From an uncultured Gammaproteobacteria bacterium (GTDB lineage Bacteria; Patescibacteriota; Microgenomatia; UBA8517), in assembly GCA_964645605.1 (NCBI GenBank), contig CAZYCE010000001.1:63-64062 (forward strand): a stretch of DNA of 64,000 nucleotides, read 5' to 3'. The stretch's first letter is position 1, and each line of letters begins with the position of its first letter. The position numbers and the translations under genes are program-made. Shown here in pieces: positions 18,599 to 27,729 of this stretch. The notes beneath the pieces are model-generated. The model did not search any database, had not been told where the DNA came from, and saw nothing but the letters and a program-made list of their open reading frames with translations.

Positions 18599-19771
18599 TC
18601 ATTTCTCTTCAGGTTTAATGTCTTCTTCCGCTTTCTCGTCCTTGGCCTCAGCTTCGGATTCCTCGACTTTTTCGGATTGAATATTTCCTTCTTTAGTCTT
18701 AACCTCCTCAACTTTTTTTTCCTCTCCTTTAGACTCGTCCGCTTTTTCTTCAGAGGTTTGTCCATTTCCTTCAACTTCAATTCTATAACCGGTCAACTTA
18801 GCCGTAAGTCTCACGTTTTGACCATCTTTACCAATTGCCACAGAAAGCATATCCTCAGGAGCTAAAACTTTGGCAATCTTTTTTTCTTCATCGATGGTAA
18901 CAGACAAGTCCTCGGCCGGTGCAAGCGAGGATTTTATAAGCTCAGATAGATCCTCGCTCCAGGGAATAACATCAACCCTTTCTCCGCCGATCTCGTTGGT
19001 AACGGCCTGAACTCTCACCCCTTTTTGCCCGACACAGCTTCCTACCGGATCAACTCCTGTTTGTGCCGAGGATACGGCAACTTTTGTTCTAACACCTGGC
19101 TCCCTTGCAATTGCTTTTATTTCAACCGAACCGGAGCCAATTTCGGGCACCTCCCTTGCAAAAAGTTTGGCCACAAAATCAGAATTACCACGGGATAAAA
19201 AGATTTCTTTTCCATGCGGTGTTTCATTAATTTCCTTGATAAGAAAAGAGAGTCTCTGATTCAGATTTAGTCTTTCATTGGGAATCCGGTCTTCCGCCAT
19301 AAGAATTGCCTCAGTCCTCCCCAAATCTACCCTAACGTTGGGGCCATCAAATCTCAAAACAAGCCCAGATACCAATGATCCAACCTTTTCCTGGAACTCA
19401 TCCATGATTACGCCTTTTTCGGCCTCACGAATCTTTTGATGAATGACTTGTTTTGCCGTTTGCGCAGCGATTCTTCCAAAACCGGGGGGTGTCACATCTT
19501 TTTTCTCAGATTTTGCTTTTTTAATGTCTTCCTCGGAAGCTTCTTCGGTGGGAAGTGACCAGGCAAAAACTCTTGTTTCTCCGTTTACGGGATCAATTAC
19601 GGCTTCGTAGTCAAAAGAGTCTACTTCGACTCCTTGTTCCTTTGCATCTCTTTTATAGGCAGCAATAATGGCTTGTTTAATTGTGTCCAAAATCACATCA
19701 GGATCAAGACCGCGCTCAGCGGCTATTGCTTTTAGGGCTTGTGAAAATTCTGTCCTTGCTGTTGGTTGCAT
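18599..19771 (-). CDS. nusA: Transcription termination/antitermination factor NusA
   Basis: The N-terminal domain (FSQALKAIAAERGLDPDVILDTIKQAIIAAYKR), S1 domain and KH domains (GSCVGQKGVRVQAV) are present. The acidic, Lys-rich C-terminal tail is low complexity. Confidence 0.85.
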   Translation of the reverse strand: MQPTARTEFSQALKAIAAERGLDPDVILDTIKQAIIAAYKRDAKEQGVEVDSFDYEAVIDPVNGETRVFAWSLPTEEASEEDIKKAKSEKKDVTPPGFGRIAAQTAKQVIHQKIREAEKGVIMDEFQEKVGSLVSGLVLRFDGPNVRVDLGRTEAILMAEDRIPNERLNLNQRLSFLIKEINETPHGKEIFLSRGNSDFVAKLFAREVPEIGSGSVEIKAIAREPGVRTKVAVSSAQTGVDPVGSCVGQKGVRVQAVTNEIGGERVDVIPWSEDLSELIKSSLAPAEDLSVTIDEEKKIAKVLAPEDMLSVAIGKDGQNVRLTAKLTGYRIEVEGNGQTSEEKADESKGEEKKVEEVKTKEGNIQSEKVEESEAEAKDEKAEEDIKPEEK

Positions 19772-19785
19772 AAAATTATAGTTGT

Positions 19786-19813
19786 AATAAAAAAGGTGGG
19801 CTTTCTTCCCACC
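19786..19813 (-). terminator. Rho-independent terminator (minus strand) after dnaJ
   Basis: On the minus strand the sequence reads GGTGGG-AAGAAAG-CCCACC followed by TTTTTTATT. The hairpin lies at 19795-19813 with the U-tract at 19786-19794, 132 nt downstream of the dnaJ stop. Confidence 0.5.
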
Positions 19814-19925
19814 AGTTTAAAAACTCAAATTCAAGTGTAATTCTAGCCTATGAAGCAACCGAAGTCAAACAACTAAATAATATCAATATTCAAATAACAC
19901 TACTTATGAAATATTGAATATTTAT

Positions 19926-20798
19926 TTAAAATCCTTTTTCTTTCATTTCTTCAATGACTTCTCTCTGGTTGCGATTTAATTTTTCCGGGACTAACACATT
20001 AATTCTCACATATTCATCTCCTTTTCCTCTTCCGTGAAGATGTGTAACGCCGCGCTCGCGAAGTCTCATCATTGTCCCACTCTGAGTCCCGGGTCTGATC
20101 CTCAATTTTATGTCCCCATCAACAGTTGGAACTTTAATTTCCCCTCCTAAAACTGCTAGAGAATACGGAATTCCTACGGAAACATAAATATCATCATCCT
20201 GCCGTTCAAAAAGCTTGTCCGGTTTGATTCTAACCGAAAGCCTAAAATCTCCAAAATCTATGGTTGCGCCCTCGTAAATTCCTGCCGGGATTTTAATTTT
20301 TCTTTTTTTTCCTTCAATCGAAACTTCTTTTGAAACTCCTTTTACTGCATCCATAAAATCAATGTTGATCGAATAACGTGGTTTCTGCCTTTGGCGTGCT
20401 CCAAATGGCGATCCGCCGCCAAAAAAACTCTCAAAAATATCAAACGGGTCACCAAAACCCATATTCCCAAATGGACTTTCCCCACCACTTGTGTAGGTAT
20501 AGGTAAACGGTCCTCCGCCTCCCCCAAATCCGGCAAACGGATTTCCCTCAGGAGAAGCTCCGCCGGGGGTAAAAGCGGCGTGTCCATATTGGTCATAGGC
20601 AGATCTTTTCTGAGTATCAGAAAGAACCTGATACGCCTCGTTTATCTCTTTAAAACGTTTTTCCGCAGCTTCCTTATTCTCTTTATGCCTATCCGGATGC
20701 CACTCCAAAGCCTGCTTACGATAGGCTTTTTTTATTTCGTCGGCGGAAGCATTTTTTGATATCCCGAGGACGTCATAATAATCAGATTTCGTAGCCAT
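19926..20798 (-). CDS. dnaJ: DnaJ-family co-chaperone without the Cys-rich zinc-finger domain (CbpA/type II-like)
   Basis: J-domain with the HPD motif (YRKQALEWHPDRHK). Gly/Phe-rich region. C-terminal substrate-binding domains. No CxxCxGxG repeats. Confidence 0.8.
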   Translation of the reverse strand: MATKSDYYDVLGISKNASADEIKKAYRKQALEWHPDRHKENKEAAEKRFKEINEAYQVLSDTQKRSAYDQYGHAAFTPGGASPEGNPFAGFGGGGGPFTYTYTSGGESPFGNMGFGDPFDIFESFFGGGSPFGARQRQKPRYSINIDFMDAVKGVSKEVSIEGKKRKIKIPAGIYEGATIDFGDFRLSVRIKPDKLFERQDDDIYVSVGIPYSLAVLGGEIKVPTVDGDIKLRIRPGTQSGTMMRLRERGVTHLHGRGKGDEYVRINVLVPEKLNRNQREVIEEMKEKGF

Positions 20799-20807
20799 TA
20801 AATGAAG

Positions 20808-22727
20808 TTACTCTACTACCTCTCCCTCTTCTACTTTTTCGTCCTTTTTGTCTACATCCTTTGTTTCACCGTCATTTTCTTCCTTCTTTTCTTCGGAAGA
20901 CGGGGAATTATCCTGAGGTTGACCTTGAGCTCCATACATAGACTGGCCTATCTGACTTAGTATATCGGAAAGATCTTTTGTAGCAGCCTCAATATCTTCT
21001 TTTGATGAGTCTTCTTTTTCCGAAATCTCTTTAACTTTCTTGACTTTTTCCTCTACCTTTTCCTTAATATCCGCGGGTACTTTGTCTCCGGCATCTTTCA
21101 ACGCTTTTTCTGCGGTTGCTACCATTGCATCAGCATTATTCTTAACCTTAATTATTTCGGCTTTCTTTTCGTCTTCTTCTTTATGCTTTTCAGCCTCTTC
21201 CTGCATCCTTTTAACCTCATCGTCGGAAAGTCCAACCGCACCAGTAATTTTAATGTTTTGAGTTTTTCCTGTAGCTTTATCTTTAGCTGTGACTGTCAAA
21301 ATACCGGAAGCGTCCATATCAAAGGTAACTTCAACCTGCGGGACACCTCTGGGTGCAGGCGGAATTCCGTCCAAAATAAATGTTCCGAGAGTCTTATTAT
21401 CGGCACTCATTGGGCGTTCTCCCTGAGTTACTACAATTTGAACCTGGGTTTGATTATCGGCAGCGGTTGAGAAAACCTCGGTCTTGCTGGTAGGAACTGT
21501 AGTATTTCTGGGAATCATGGGCGTAGCAACACCTCCCAAAGTCTCAATTGCAAGCGTTAGTGGAGTAACATCCAATAAAAGAATGTCTTTGACCTCTCCT
21601 CCTAAAACTCCTCCCTGAATTGCAGCCCCAACTGCAACCACTTCATCAGGATTTACCGATTGATTTGGGTCTTTGCCAAAGAAGTTTTTAACGGTTTCAA
21701 CAACTTTAGGCATTCTGGTCATTCCACCGACCATAACGACCTCGTTAATATCGTGTGCGTCGAGCTTGGCATCTTTAAGACAAAGTTCAACCGGTTTAAT
21801 TGTCTTTTGAATAAGTTCGTCAACCAAGCTTTCCATTTTAGCCCGAGTGAGCTTCATTGTCAGATGAAGTGGATTTCCGTCTTTCTGGGTTATATAAGGC
21901 TGATTGATCTCGACCTGATCGGCAGCAGATAGCTCTATCTTTGCCTTTTCCGCGGCATCTCTGACTCTTTGAAGCGCCTGTGCGTCTGCCTTAAGATCAA
22001 CGCCGTTTTCTTTCTTAAATTCAGAAACGATATAATCAACTATAACCGCATCAAAATCATCTCCTCCAAGGTGAGTATCGCCGTTTGTAGCTTTAACTTC
22101 AATTACTCCGTCACCAATCTCCAAAATTGAAATGTCAAAAGTACCTCCGCCAAGATCATAAACCGCAATTTTTTCAGAATTTTTCTTATCAAGACCATAG
22201 GCGAGAGCCGCAGCGGTGGGTTCATTTATGATTCTTTCAACTTTAAGTCCCGCAATTTCTCCAGCCTGTTTAGTAGCTTGACGCTGGGCATCATCAAAAT
22301 ATGCCGGAACCGTAATCACGGCTTGTTCTACTTTTTCGCCCAAATACTTTTCCGCATCCTTTTTGAGTTTCATGAGAACTCTGGCTCCGATTTCTTGGGG
22401 AGTGTAGTTCTTACCCTCAATTTCAATGTCCGCCATTCCGTTTTTACCCTCGACAATCCTGTAGGGAACCATTTCTATGGTTCTTTTAACTTCCTTATCT
22501 TCAAAACGTCTTCCCATAAGTCTTTTTGCAGAATAGACCGTGTTTTTTGCATTAAGAATCATTTGGCGTTTGGCAACATCACCCACAAGGTTTTTAACAG
22601 GCTCAACAACAGAAGGAGTTGTGTTTTTTCCGGTATCGATAGCCGGGATCACTTTGGGACGACCTCCCTCCATGACCGCCACACAAGAATTTGTTGTTCC
22701 TAGATCTATCCCGATTATTTTTCCCAT
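20808..22727 (-). CDS. dnaK: Chaperone DnaK (Hsp70)
   Basis: [18 protein letters not shown] at the N-terminus. The Hsp70 signatures DLGGGTFD and [11 protein letters not shown] are present. The C-terminal tail is acidic. Confidence 0.95.
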   Translation of the reverse strand: MGKIIGIDLGTTNSCVAVMEGGRPKVIPAIDTGKNTTPSVVEPVKNLVGDVAKRQMILNAKNTVYSAKRLMGRRFEDKEVKRTIEMVPYRIVEGKNGMADIEIEGKNYTPQEIGARVLMKLKKDAEKYLGEKVEQAVITVPAYFDDAQRQATKQAGEIAGLKVERIINEPTAAALAYGLDKKNSEKIAVYDLGGGTFDISILEIGDGVIEVKATNGDTHLGGDDFDAVIVDYIVSEFKKENGVDLKADAQALQRVRDAAEKAKIELSAADQVEINQPYITQKDGNPLHLTMKLTRAKMESLVDELIQKTIKPVELCLKDAKLDAHDINEVVMVGGMTRMPKVVETVKNFFGKDPNQSVNPDEVVAVGAAIQGGVLGGEVKDILLLDVTPLTLAIETLGGVATPMIPRNTTVPTSKTEVFSTAADNQTQVQIVVTQGERPMSADNKTLGTFILDGIPPAPRGVPQVEVTFDMDASGILTVTAKDKATGKTQNIKITGAVGLSDDEVKRMQEEAEKHKEEDEKKAEIIKVKNNADAMVATAEKALKDAGDKVPADIKEKVEEKVKKVKEISEKEDSSKEDIEAATKDLSDILSQIGQSMYGAQGQPQDNSPSSEEKKEENDGETKDVDKKDEKVEEGEVVE

Positions 22728-22765
22728 AATTTAATTATTATATCTACATTATTCCTCAAATTCAC

Positions 22766-23224
22766 TCAGAATTTCTTTGAAACTTTTACCTTAGCATGCC
22801 TTATTACTCGTCCGTCTTCAAACTTCCATCCAGCTAAAACAAGCTCTGAGATAATATTATCTCGCTCCCCAGCTGTAACTTCAATAGCCTCCATAGTATT
22901 CGCGTCAAACTCATCTCCTACTTTGGGACTGATTTCAACCAAACCTTCTTCATTTAGAACTTTTTTGAATTCCCCTATGCAAATAGCCAAACCCGCGTCG
23001 TTCAGGTGTTCCTGAGCATTCTCAAGATTATCCAAGACGGGTAAAAGTTTTGTTATAACTCCAGCCGAGGCAAATTTGCCGAAAACATCACGCTCACGCT
23101 CAACCCTTTTACTCAAGTTGTCATAATCGGCAAGTGCTCTTGCGAGCATGGTTTTCAGGTTTTCCAATTCCAAATGCTCCCTATCCGTTTTCTTTCCCTG
23201 TGTTTTATTTTTACCTTTTACCAT
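22766..23224 (-). CDS. grpE: Nucleotide exchange factor GrpE
   Basis: The GrpE coiled-coil region (LARALADYDNLSKRVERERD) and the C-terminal beta domain are present. The gene lies between hrcA and dnaK. Confidence 0.85.
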   Translation of the reverse strand: MVKGKNKTQGKKTDREHLELENLKTMLARALADYDNLSKRVERERDVFGKFASAGVITKLLPVLDNLENAQEHLNDAGLAICIGEFKKVLNEEGLVEISPKVGDEFDANTMEAIEVTAGERDNIISELVLAGWKFEDGRVIRHAKVKVSKKF

Positions 23225-23963
23225 TCGTCTGTTTATTGGCTACCTCTTCAATCATATTTCCAAAATATCTCAAAATCGGGATTACAGTTCCATAATCTGC
23301 TCTTGCCGGGCCAATTACCCCCAAAGCCCCTCTTTTTCCTCTGATATTAAAATGGGTTGAAATGATACCGGTCGGTGCAAGCTCGGGGATTCCCAACTCT
23401 TCGCCAAAAAGCACTTCCAGTGGAGAAGCGGATTCGTATCCAAAAAACAGCCTGTCGAGTTTATCGAATTCATCAAAAATGGAAAACAGGCTTTGGCAGG
23501 TTAAAACATCCGAAAATTCCGGATTTTGAAAAATGTAGGCATGCCCGGCCTGCCAAAACCTATCTTTCTTGTCTTTTAGAGCGGCCACAGAAAGCGATCT
23601 TGTTCTTGCGGCAAGGGCATGTGTAGCTTCATCCATTAGCTCGTCAATATCGTCGCGTGAATCCCAAATTTCCTCTTTAGCCTTGACTTCATCAACAATA
23701 CTCATTTGTTTTTCTTCCATAAGCTGATTTATGAAAAATTTCATTGCGGCCGGAGTGGGAACACGGCCCGATGATGCATGAGGCTGTTTGAGAAAGTTTA
23801 GCTTCGTTAAGGCAGCCATCTCGTTTCTAATGGTTGCCGGGGAAACTCCTAAATTATATTTTTTATCCAAGGCCTCAGACCCCACAGGCTCGGCGGTAGA
23901 AATATACTCGTCGATTATCGTCTTTAAAATCTGTGTCTGCCTTGATGTAAGTCCTTCTGTCAT
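23211..23963 (-). CDS. hrcA: Heat-inducible transcription repressor HrcA (short form)
   Basis: The N-terminal winged-helix region LTSRQTQILKTIIDEYISTAEPVGSEAL...SPATIRNEMAALT is typical of HrcA. It is the first gene of hrcA-grpE-dnaK-dnaJ. A CIRCE operator lies directly upstream. Confidence 0.8.
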   Translation of the reverse strand: MTEGLTSRQTQILKTIIDEYISTAEPVGSEALDKKYNLGVSPATIRNEMAALTKLNFLKQPHASSGRVPTPAAMKFFINQLMEEKQMSIVDEVKAKEEIWDSRDDIDELMDEATHALAARTRSLSVAALKDKKDRFWQAGHAYIFQNPEFSDVLTCQSLFSIFDEFDKLDRLFFGYESASPLEVLFGEELGIPELAPTGIISTHFNIRGKRGALGVIGPARADYGTVIPILRYFGNMIEEVANKQTNGKR

Positions 23964-23985
23964 ATATGTAACAGTGTTTTTACAC

Positions 23986-24022
23986 TTAGCAGTATAATAG
24001 ACCGAGTGCTAAAAGTTGTCAA
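23986..24022 (-). promoter_or_regulatory. Sigma-70-like promoter (TTGACA-17 nt-TATTAT) overlapping a CIRCE operator, upstream of hrcA
   Basis: The plus strand at 23986-24012 reads TTAGCAGTA-TAATAGACC-GAGTGCTAA. This matches the CIRCE consensus TTAGCACTC-N9-GAGTGCTAA with 2 mismatches in the left arm. On the minus strand the -35 TTGACA lies at 24017-24022 and the -10 TATTAT at 23994-23999, with a 17-nt spacer. Confidence 0.6.
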
Positions 24023-25746
24023 GTGCCGCTTTGGGTATCTGTGGTAGGTGTAATAGGTTCCTCTTCCTTGGCCGGTAGGGGCGGTAGTCTGCCCTTAAGT
24101 GCAATCTTTTTAATCAAATTCAGGAAGTGTCTAGCTTCATCGACCTTAAAAAGAAGGGAAAGAAGTAGATATATTAACATCCCAGCAAGAAATGTCACAG
24201 CAGTCAAAATAATTAAGTTTCCCGTATATCGGGTGTCGAGAACGAATTTTTCGAAAGGAAAAGTATGTGTGACCTCAATATTACCCAAAAAAGAAAGTCT
24301 TTTAACCCAAACCGATTTATCAAAAATTTTGAGCATGAAATACATTGTCCCTCCAGAAATTGCCGTTGCAAAAAATATTTTTAATGTATGGGTTATAAAT
24401 TTTAGATTAGCTATTTTTCCGATTTTCTTGTCAATCAAAAATATCAAAACGACTGACTCTACAAAGGTGCTAAAGGCAAAAGATGCAGCAAGGGCCCAAA
24501 TCGGCAGGTGGAATCCTCGCACCAATAGAAAGTCGCCGGTAACCAAAAGGGTAAGACCGATAAGCGAGATTTTTACGGGGGTTTTTGTGTCGTGTAACGC
24601 AAAAAATGAACGGGTCAGAATTGACATTAATGTCTGAAAAACAACCGATACGGCAAAAACCGACAATATTGTCCCCGTTTGGACTGTTGAATTCCAGTCA
24701 AAAATTTTTGTTCCATAAATAAGCCTGACAAAGGGAATTCTTAAAGCAATAAGGGCTGCAGAAAGTGGGAGAGTAAAAAACATCGCCTGATAAATTGCCG
24801 AAAGCAGAATATTTCTAAATTTATTTTTATCCTCACCCACTCCGGAAAGCATAGGAAGAACCGCCTTGGCAAGAGATGTCCCAAAAAGAGTCACTGGCAA
24901 AAGTTGGAGAGAGTTTGCAAAAGTATAGTAAGTATAGGCTGCTTGAGAAATGAGCGAGGAAAGAAAAAGCTCAGCACTTTTTCCGATTTGGTCGAAGGCA
25001 AGATCGATTACCCTGGGAAGAGCCAGTTTTCCGATTTCTTTAACTCCTTCATCAGGTTTGAAATCCCAAGTTAATCTGAAGCCTAGTTTTCTGGAAAGCG
25101 GATATTGGATTATGAAATGGGCAAATGCACCAATTACAACCCCTACGGCAGGAGCTACTAAACCAAGGTGTGGGGTCAGAACAACTGTACCTAAAATTAT
25201 TCCTAGATTATAAAAAATCGGAGCCAGGGCCGGAATCAGAAAACGTTTCGAGGACTCTAAAACTCCTGTCAAAACATAGCTTACCACAAAAAAACCTTGG
25301 GCGACAAAAATTATTCTGGCAAGAAAAGCTATTTGAGCGTTCTCGGCTACCCCATACCCGGGAGCTATAACAGAATAAATTTGTGGGGCAAAAACGCCGA
25401 TAAGAGCCACAGATAAGACAAAGATTGCTAGTCCGATTGATACAACTTTTCCAGCCAAAATCCAGGCTTTTTCCCCTCCTTCTTTCAATGTCTTGGTAAA
25501 AACTGGGATAAAAGCTGAGGAAAAAGTTCCAAAAACTAGAACCTGAAAAATTGCATCGGGAAGTCTGAAAGCGGCAAAGAAAAGAGAAAGCGAATCGGGT
25601 TCAAAATAACTTGCCAGAACCCTCTGTCTGACTAGGCCAAGTATCATGGAAATTGCAATCATCGCCATAATCAAGGTGGCTGCAGAAAGTACGGTGTTCT
25701 GCTGAGAATTTAAGATTTTCTTTCCTTTTACGATTAAGTTCTCCAT
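24019..25746 (-). CDS. murJ: Lipid II flippase MurJ (MviN family)
   Basis: Polytopic protein of about 14 TM helices. The N-terminal pattern RVLASYFEPDSLSLFFAAFRLPDAIFQVLVFGTFSSAFIPVF matches MurJ. The ORF-track entry extends 16 codons upstream; I place the start at MENLIVKGKK. Confidence 0.8.
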   Translation of the reverse strand: MENLIVKGKKILNSQQNTVLSAATLIMAMIAISMILGLVRQRVLASYFEPDSLSLFFAAFRLPDAIFQVLVFGTFSSAFIPVFTKTLKEGGEKAWILAGKVVSIGLAIFVLSVALIGVFAPQIYSVIAPGYGVAENAQIAFLARIIFVAQGFFVVSYVLTGVLESSKRFLIPALAPIFYNLGIILGTVVLTPHLGLVAPAVGVVIGAFAHFIIQYPLSRKLGFRLTWDFKPDEGVKEIGKLALPRVIDLAFDQIGKSAELFLSSLISQAAYTYYTFANSLQLLPVTLFGTSLAKAVLPMLSGVGEDKNKFRNILLSAIYQAMFFTLPLSAALIALRIPFVRLIYGTKIFDWNSTVQTGTILSVFAVSVVFQTLMSILTRSFFALHDTKTPVKISLIGLTLLVTGDFLLVRGFHLPIWALAASFAFSTFVESVVLIFLIDKKIGKIANLKFITHTLKIFFATAISGGTMYFMLKIFDKSVWVKRLSFLGNIEVTHTFPFEKFVLDTRYTGNLIILTAVTFLAGMLIYLLLSLLFKVDEARHFLNLIKKIALKGRLPPLPAKEEEPITPTTDTQSGT

Positions 25747-25840
25747 GACTCGTCTTGATATTCTAGCTTCTTTACCATATACTAACAACCACAAAGAAAT
25801 TTTGAATTATAAATAAATTTAAAATTTTGAATTATTTAGT

Positions 25841-26134
25841 ATGCCTGTAACAAAAACAGCCAAAAGAGCCCTTAGAGGTTCTAAAAATAAGGCAGAGGTC
25901 AATAAGCTTTTGACAAAAAAGCTTGAGATTGCTATTCGTGTAGCCAAAAAATCAAAGAAAAGAGAAAATGTTGAGGCAGCAGGGTCTTTGGCCGACCGTG
26001 CAGCCAAAAAACACATTATTCATAAAAACAAGGCTGCTAGAATCAAGTCTCAACTCTCAAAATTGATTTCAGTTAAAGCGGCTCAAAAGGCGATAAAAAG
26101 AGCTCCAAAAGCCACCATAGCTAAGAAAAAATAA
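25841..26134 (+). CDS. rpsT: 30S ribosomal protein S20
   Basis: MPVTKTAKRALRGSKNKAEVNKLLTKKLEIAIRVAKK... is a basic alpha-helical protein of S20 size whose N-terminus matches the S20 pattern (TKSAKKR...). Confidence 0.7.
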   Translation: MPVTKTAKRALRGSKNKAEVNKLLTKKLEIAIRVAKKSKKRENVEAAGSLADRAAKKHIIHKNKAARIKSQLSKLISVKAAQKAIKRAPKATIAKKK

Positions 26135-26209
26135 TCCCTTCCTCAAAACACTTCTTTCACGCTTTTACATGTGCTATATTGATTTAAAGCCTTTGGCTAT
26201 ATTCAAACC

Positions 26210-26740
26210 ATGCCCAAAAATAAAGCTATAAACTTACTACCTCAAGAGGAATTTGATGCTTCAACCACAGGCAGGATTTTAAAATGGGCAACTAATACTT
26301 TCCGCATTATTGTTATCGTGACTGAAATGGTTGTTATGGCCGCTTTTTTGTCTCGTTTTTGGCTCGACGCTCAAAACTCTACATTAAATAATGCCATTAG
26401 GGTCAAAAGCGCACAAATTTCCGCCCAAGCAAATCTGGAAAAACAGTTTAGGGGAGTTCAGACAAAATTAGATATTTTTGATAAGCTCAGCGGGGACAAA
26501 AAAATTTCAGATTTGGTAGGTAAAATTACTAGCAAAGTCCCTGCATCTGTCACATTATCGGGAATAACCGTTGGGGAAGGGACTATAAATATTCGCGGTT
26601 TATCTTCATCGGATTTTGACATAGGACAATTTGTCGTAAGTTTACAGGGTGAAACTTTCAAAAGTGTGGAGTTGCAACAAGTTGGTTCGTCACTTACGAG
26701 TCCCGGTGGAACGGATTTTGTAATTGCGATTACATATTAA
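26210..26740 (+). CDS. pilN: Type IV pilus assembly protein PilN-like
   Basis: The N-terminal INLLPQEE motif is the PilN signature (INLLP). It is followed by one TM, a coiled-coil and a C-terminal beta-rich domain. 176 aa. Confidence 0.6.
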   Translation: MPKNKAINLLPQEEFDASTTGRILKWATNTFRIIVIVTEMVVMAAFLSRFWLDAQNSTLNNAIRVKSAQISAQANLEKQFRGVQTKLDIFDKLSGDKKISDLVGKITSKVPASVTLSGITVGEGTINIRGLSSSDFDIGQFVVSLQGETFKSVELQQVGSSLTSPGGTDFVIAITY

Positions 26741-26744
26741 AGTT

Positions 26745-27401
26745 ATGGCAACAGGTTGGAGATCATCTTATTACCGGTATAAAGAACTGTTTTTGAATGT
26801 CTCTACTCTTTACAAAAAGAGGTCGGATTTGCGTGCGTTTTTGGAAATTGTTTTATCTATTACGACAGTAATAATATTTTTGCTCTTTGCCTTAAAGCCA
26901 ACCGCACAAACGATTATTAGCCTTGTCGAACAAATTAAGGCTGAAAAGGCAACTCTGGCCGTACTTACCCAAAAAGTAAATGACCTGGAAAAAGCCAGTG
27001 CTCTTCTGACGCAAAACCAAAACTATCTTCCGGATATTGATTTGGCAGTTTCTTCCGCTCCGGCTCCTGAAGTTTTTGCCAAACAAGCCGAAGGGGTAGC
27101 TGTAAAAAATAACGTCAGCATTATTGGACTCTCTATGAACAATATTACTCTTGTGGGAGCTCCCAAAAAGGTAGGTTCACCGGAGAATGTTGAGCCACTA
27201 CCGGGCAACGCCTATGAGATGGCTTACTCAATCGGCGTAAAAGGAAACTATTCCGACATAGACAGTTTTCTAAAAAATCTTGAGAGCCTGAGGGTAATAT
27301 CCAGAATTGACAGCGTCTCAATTACCTCTTCCGTCGGGGATGCAGGAAGAGTTATAGTGGCTGTAATTTCCGGACGTATCCCATATGTGGGCAGTAACTA
27401 A
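26745..27401 (+). CDS. Type IV pilus assembly protein PilO-like
   Basis: The protein has an N-terminal TM (LEIVLSITTVIIFLLFAL), a coiled-coil (IISLVEQIKAEKATLAVLTQKVNDLEKASALL) and a C-terminal alpha/beta domain. It lies immediately after pilN. I place the start at the ATG at 26745, after the pilN stop. Confidence 0.45.
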   Translation: MATGWRSSYYRYKELFLNVSTLYKKRSDLRAFLEIVLSITTVIIFLLFALKPTAQTIISLVEQIKAEKATLAVLTQKVNDLEKASALLTQNQNYLPDIDLAVSSAPAPEVFAKQAEGVAVKNNVSIIGLSMNNITLVGAPKKVGSPENVEPLPGNAYEMAYSIGVKGNYSDIDSFLKNLESLRVISRIDSVSITSSVGDAGRVIVAVISGRIPYVGSN

Positions 27402-27405
27402 ATAT

Positions 27406-27729
27406 ATGAAAAAACCGGCACTTCCAAAACCCGTAACAATACTCATTTTGACTCTTCTTACAGTTATTTTGTGGGTGGGCTTAAGTATCTATAGGACTTT
27501 TACCATAAAACCAACCCCGCAGGTGCCTGAGGAAATTTCCAAACCCCTAACTCCCGTTCTTAATACAAACACCATTCAAAAAATCGAATCTAGCCTGTAT
27601 ATACCAGATTCGGAAGTGCCTCGGTTAGACGCTGTAGGAACACCGTCGATGATACAGCCTACCGAATCTCCCATACCAACAGCCACTCCGGAAGCGACAT
27701 CTAGCGCTTCATCCAACCAAGAAATATGA
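27406..27729 (+). CDS. Small bitopic membrane protein with a Pro/Thr/Ser-rich ectodomain
   Basis: MKKPALPKPVTILILTLLTVILWVGLSIY is followed by a low-complexity P/T/S-rich region. It sits between pilO and the surface-protein genes. Its 3' end overlaps the next gene by 4 nt. Confidence 0.35.
   Translation: MKKPALPKPVTILILTLLTVILWVGLSIYRTFTIKPTPQVPEEISKPLTPVLNTNTIQKIESSLYIPDSEVPRLDAVGTPSMIQPTESPIPTATPEATSSASSNQEI

Noticed and set aside
26135-26209. Direct repeat GCTATATT x2 upstream of pilN as a regulatory repeat
   Set aside because: The repeat is only 8 nt with 19-nt spacing in AT-rich DNA, and I could not fit a convincing -35/-10 spacing. It is probably chance or simply part of a promoter. 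The evidence is insufficient to call it.
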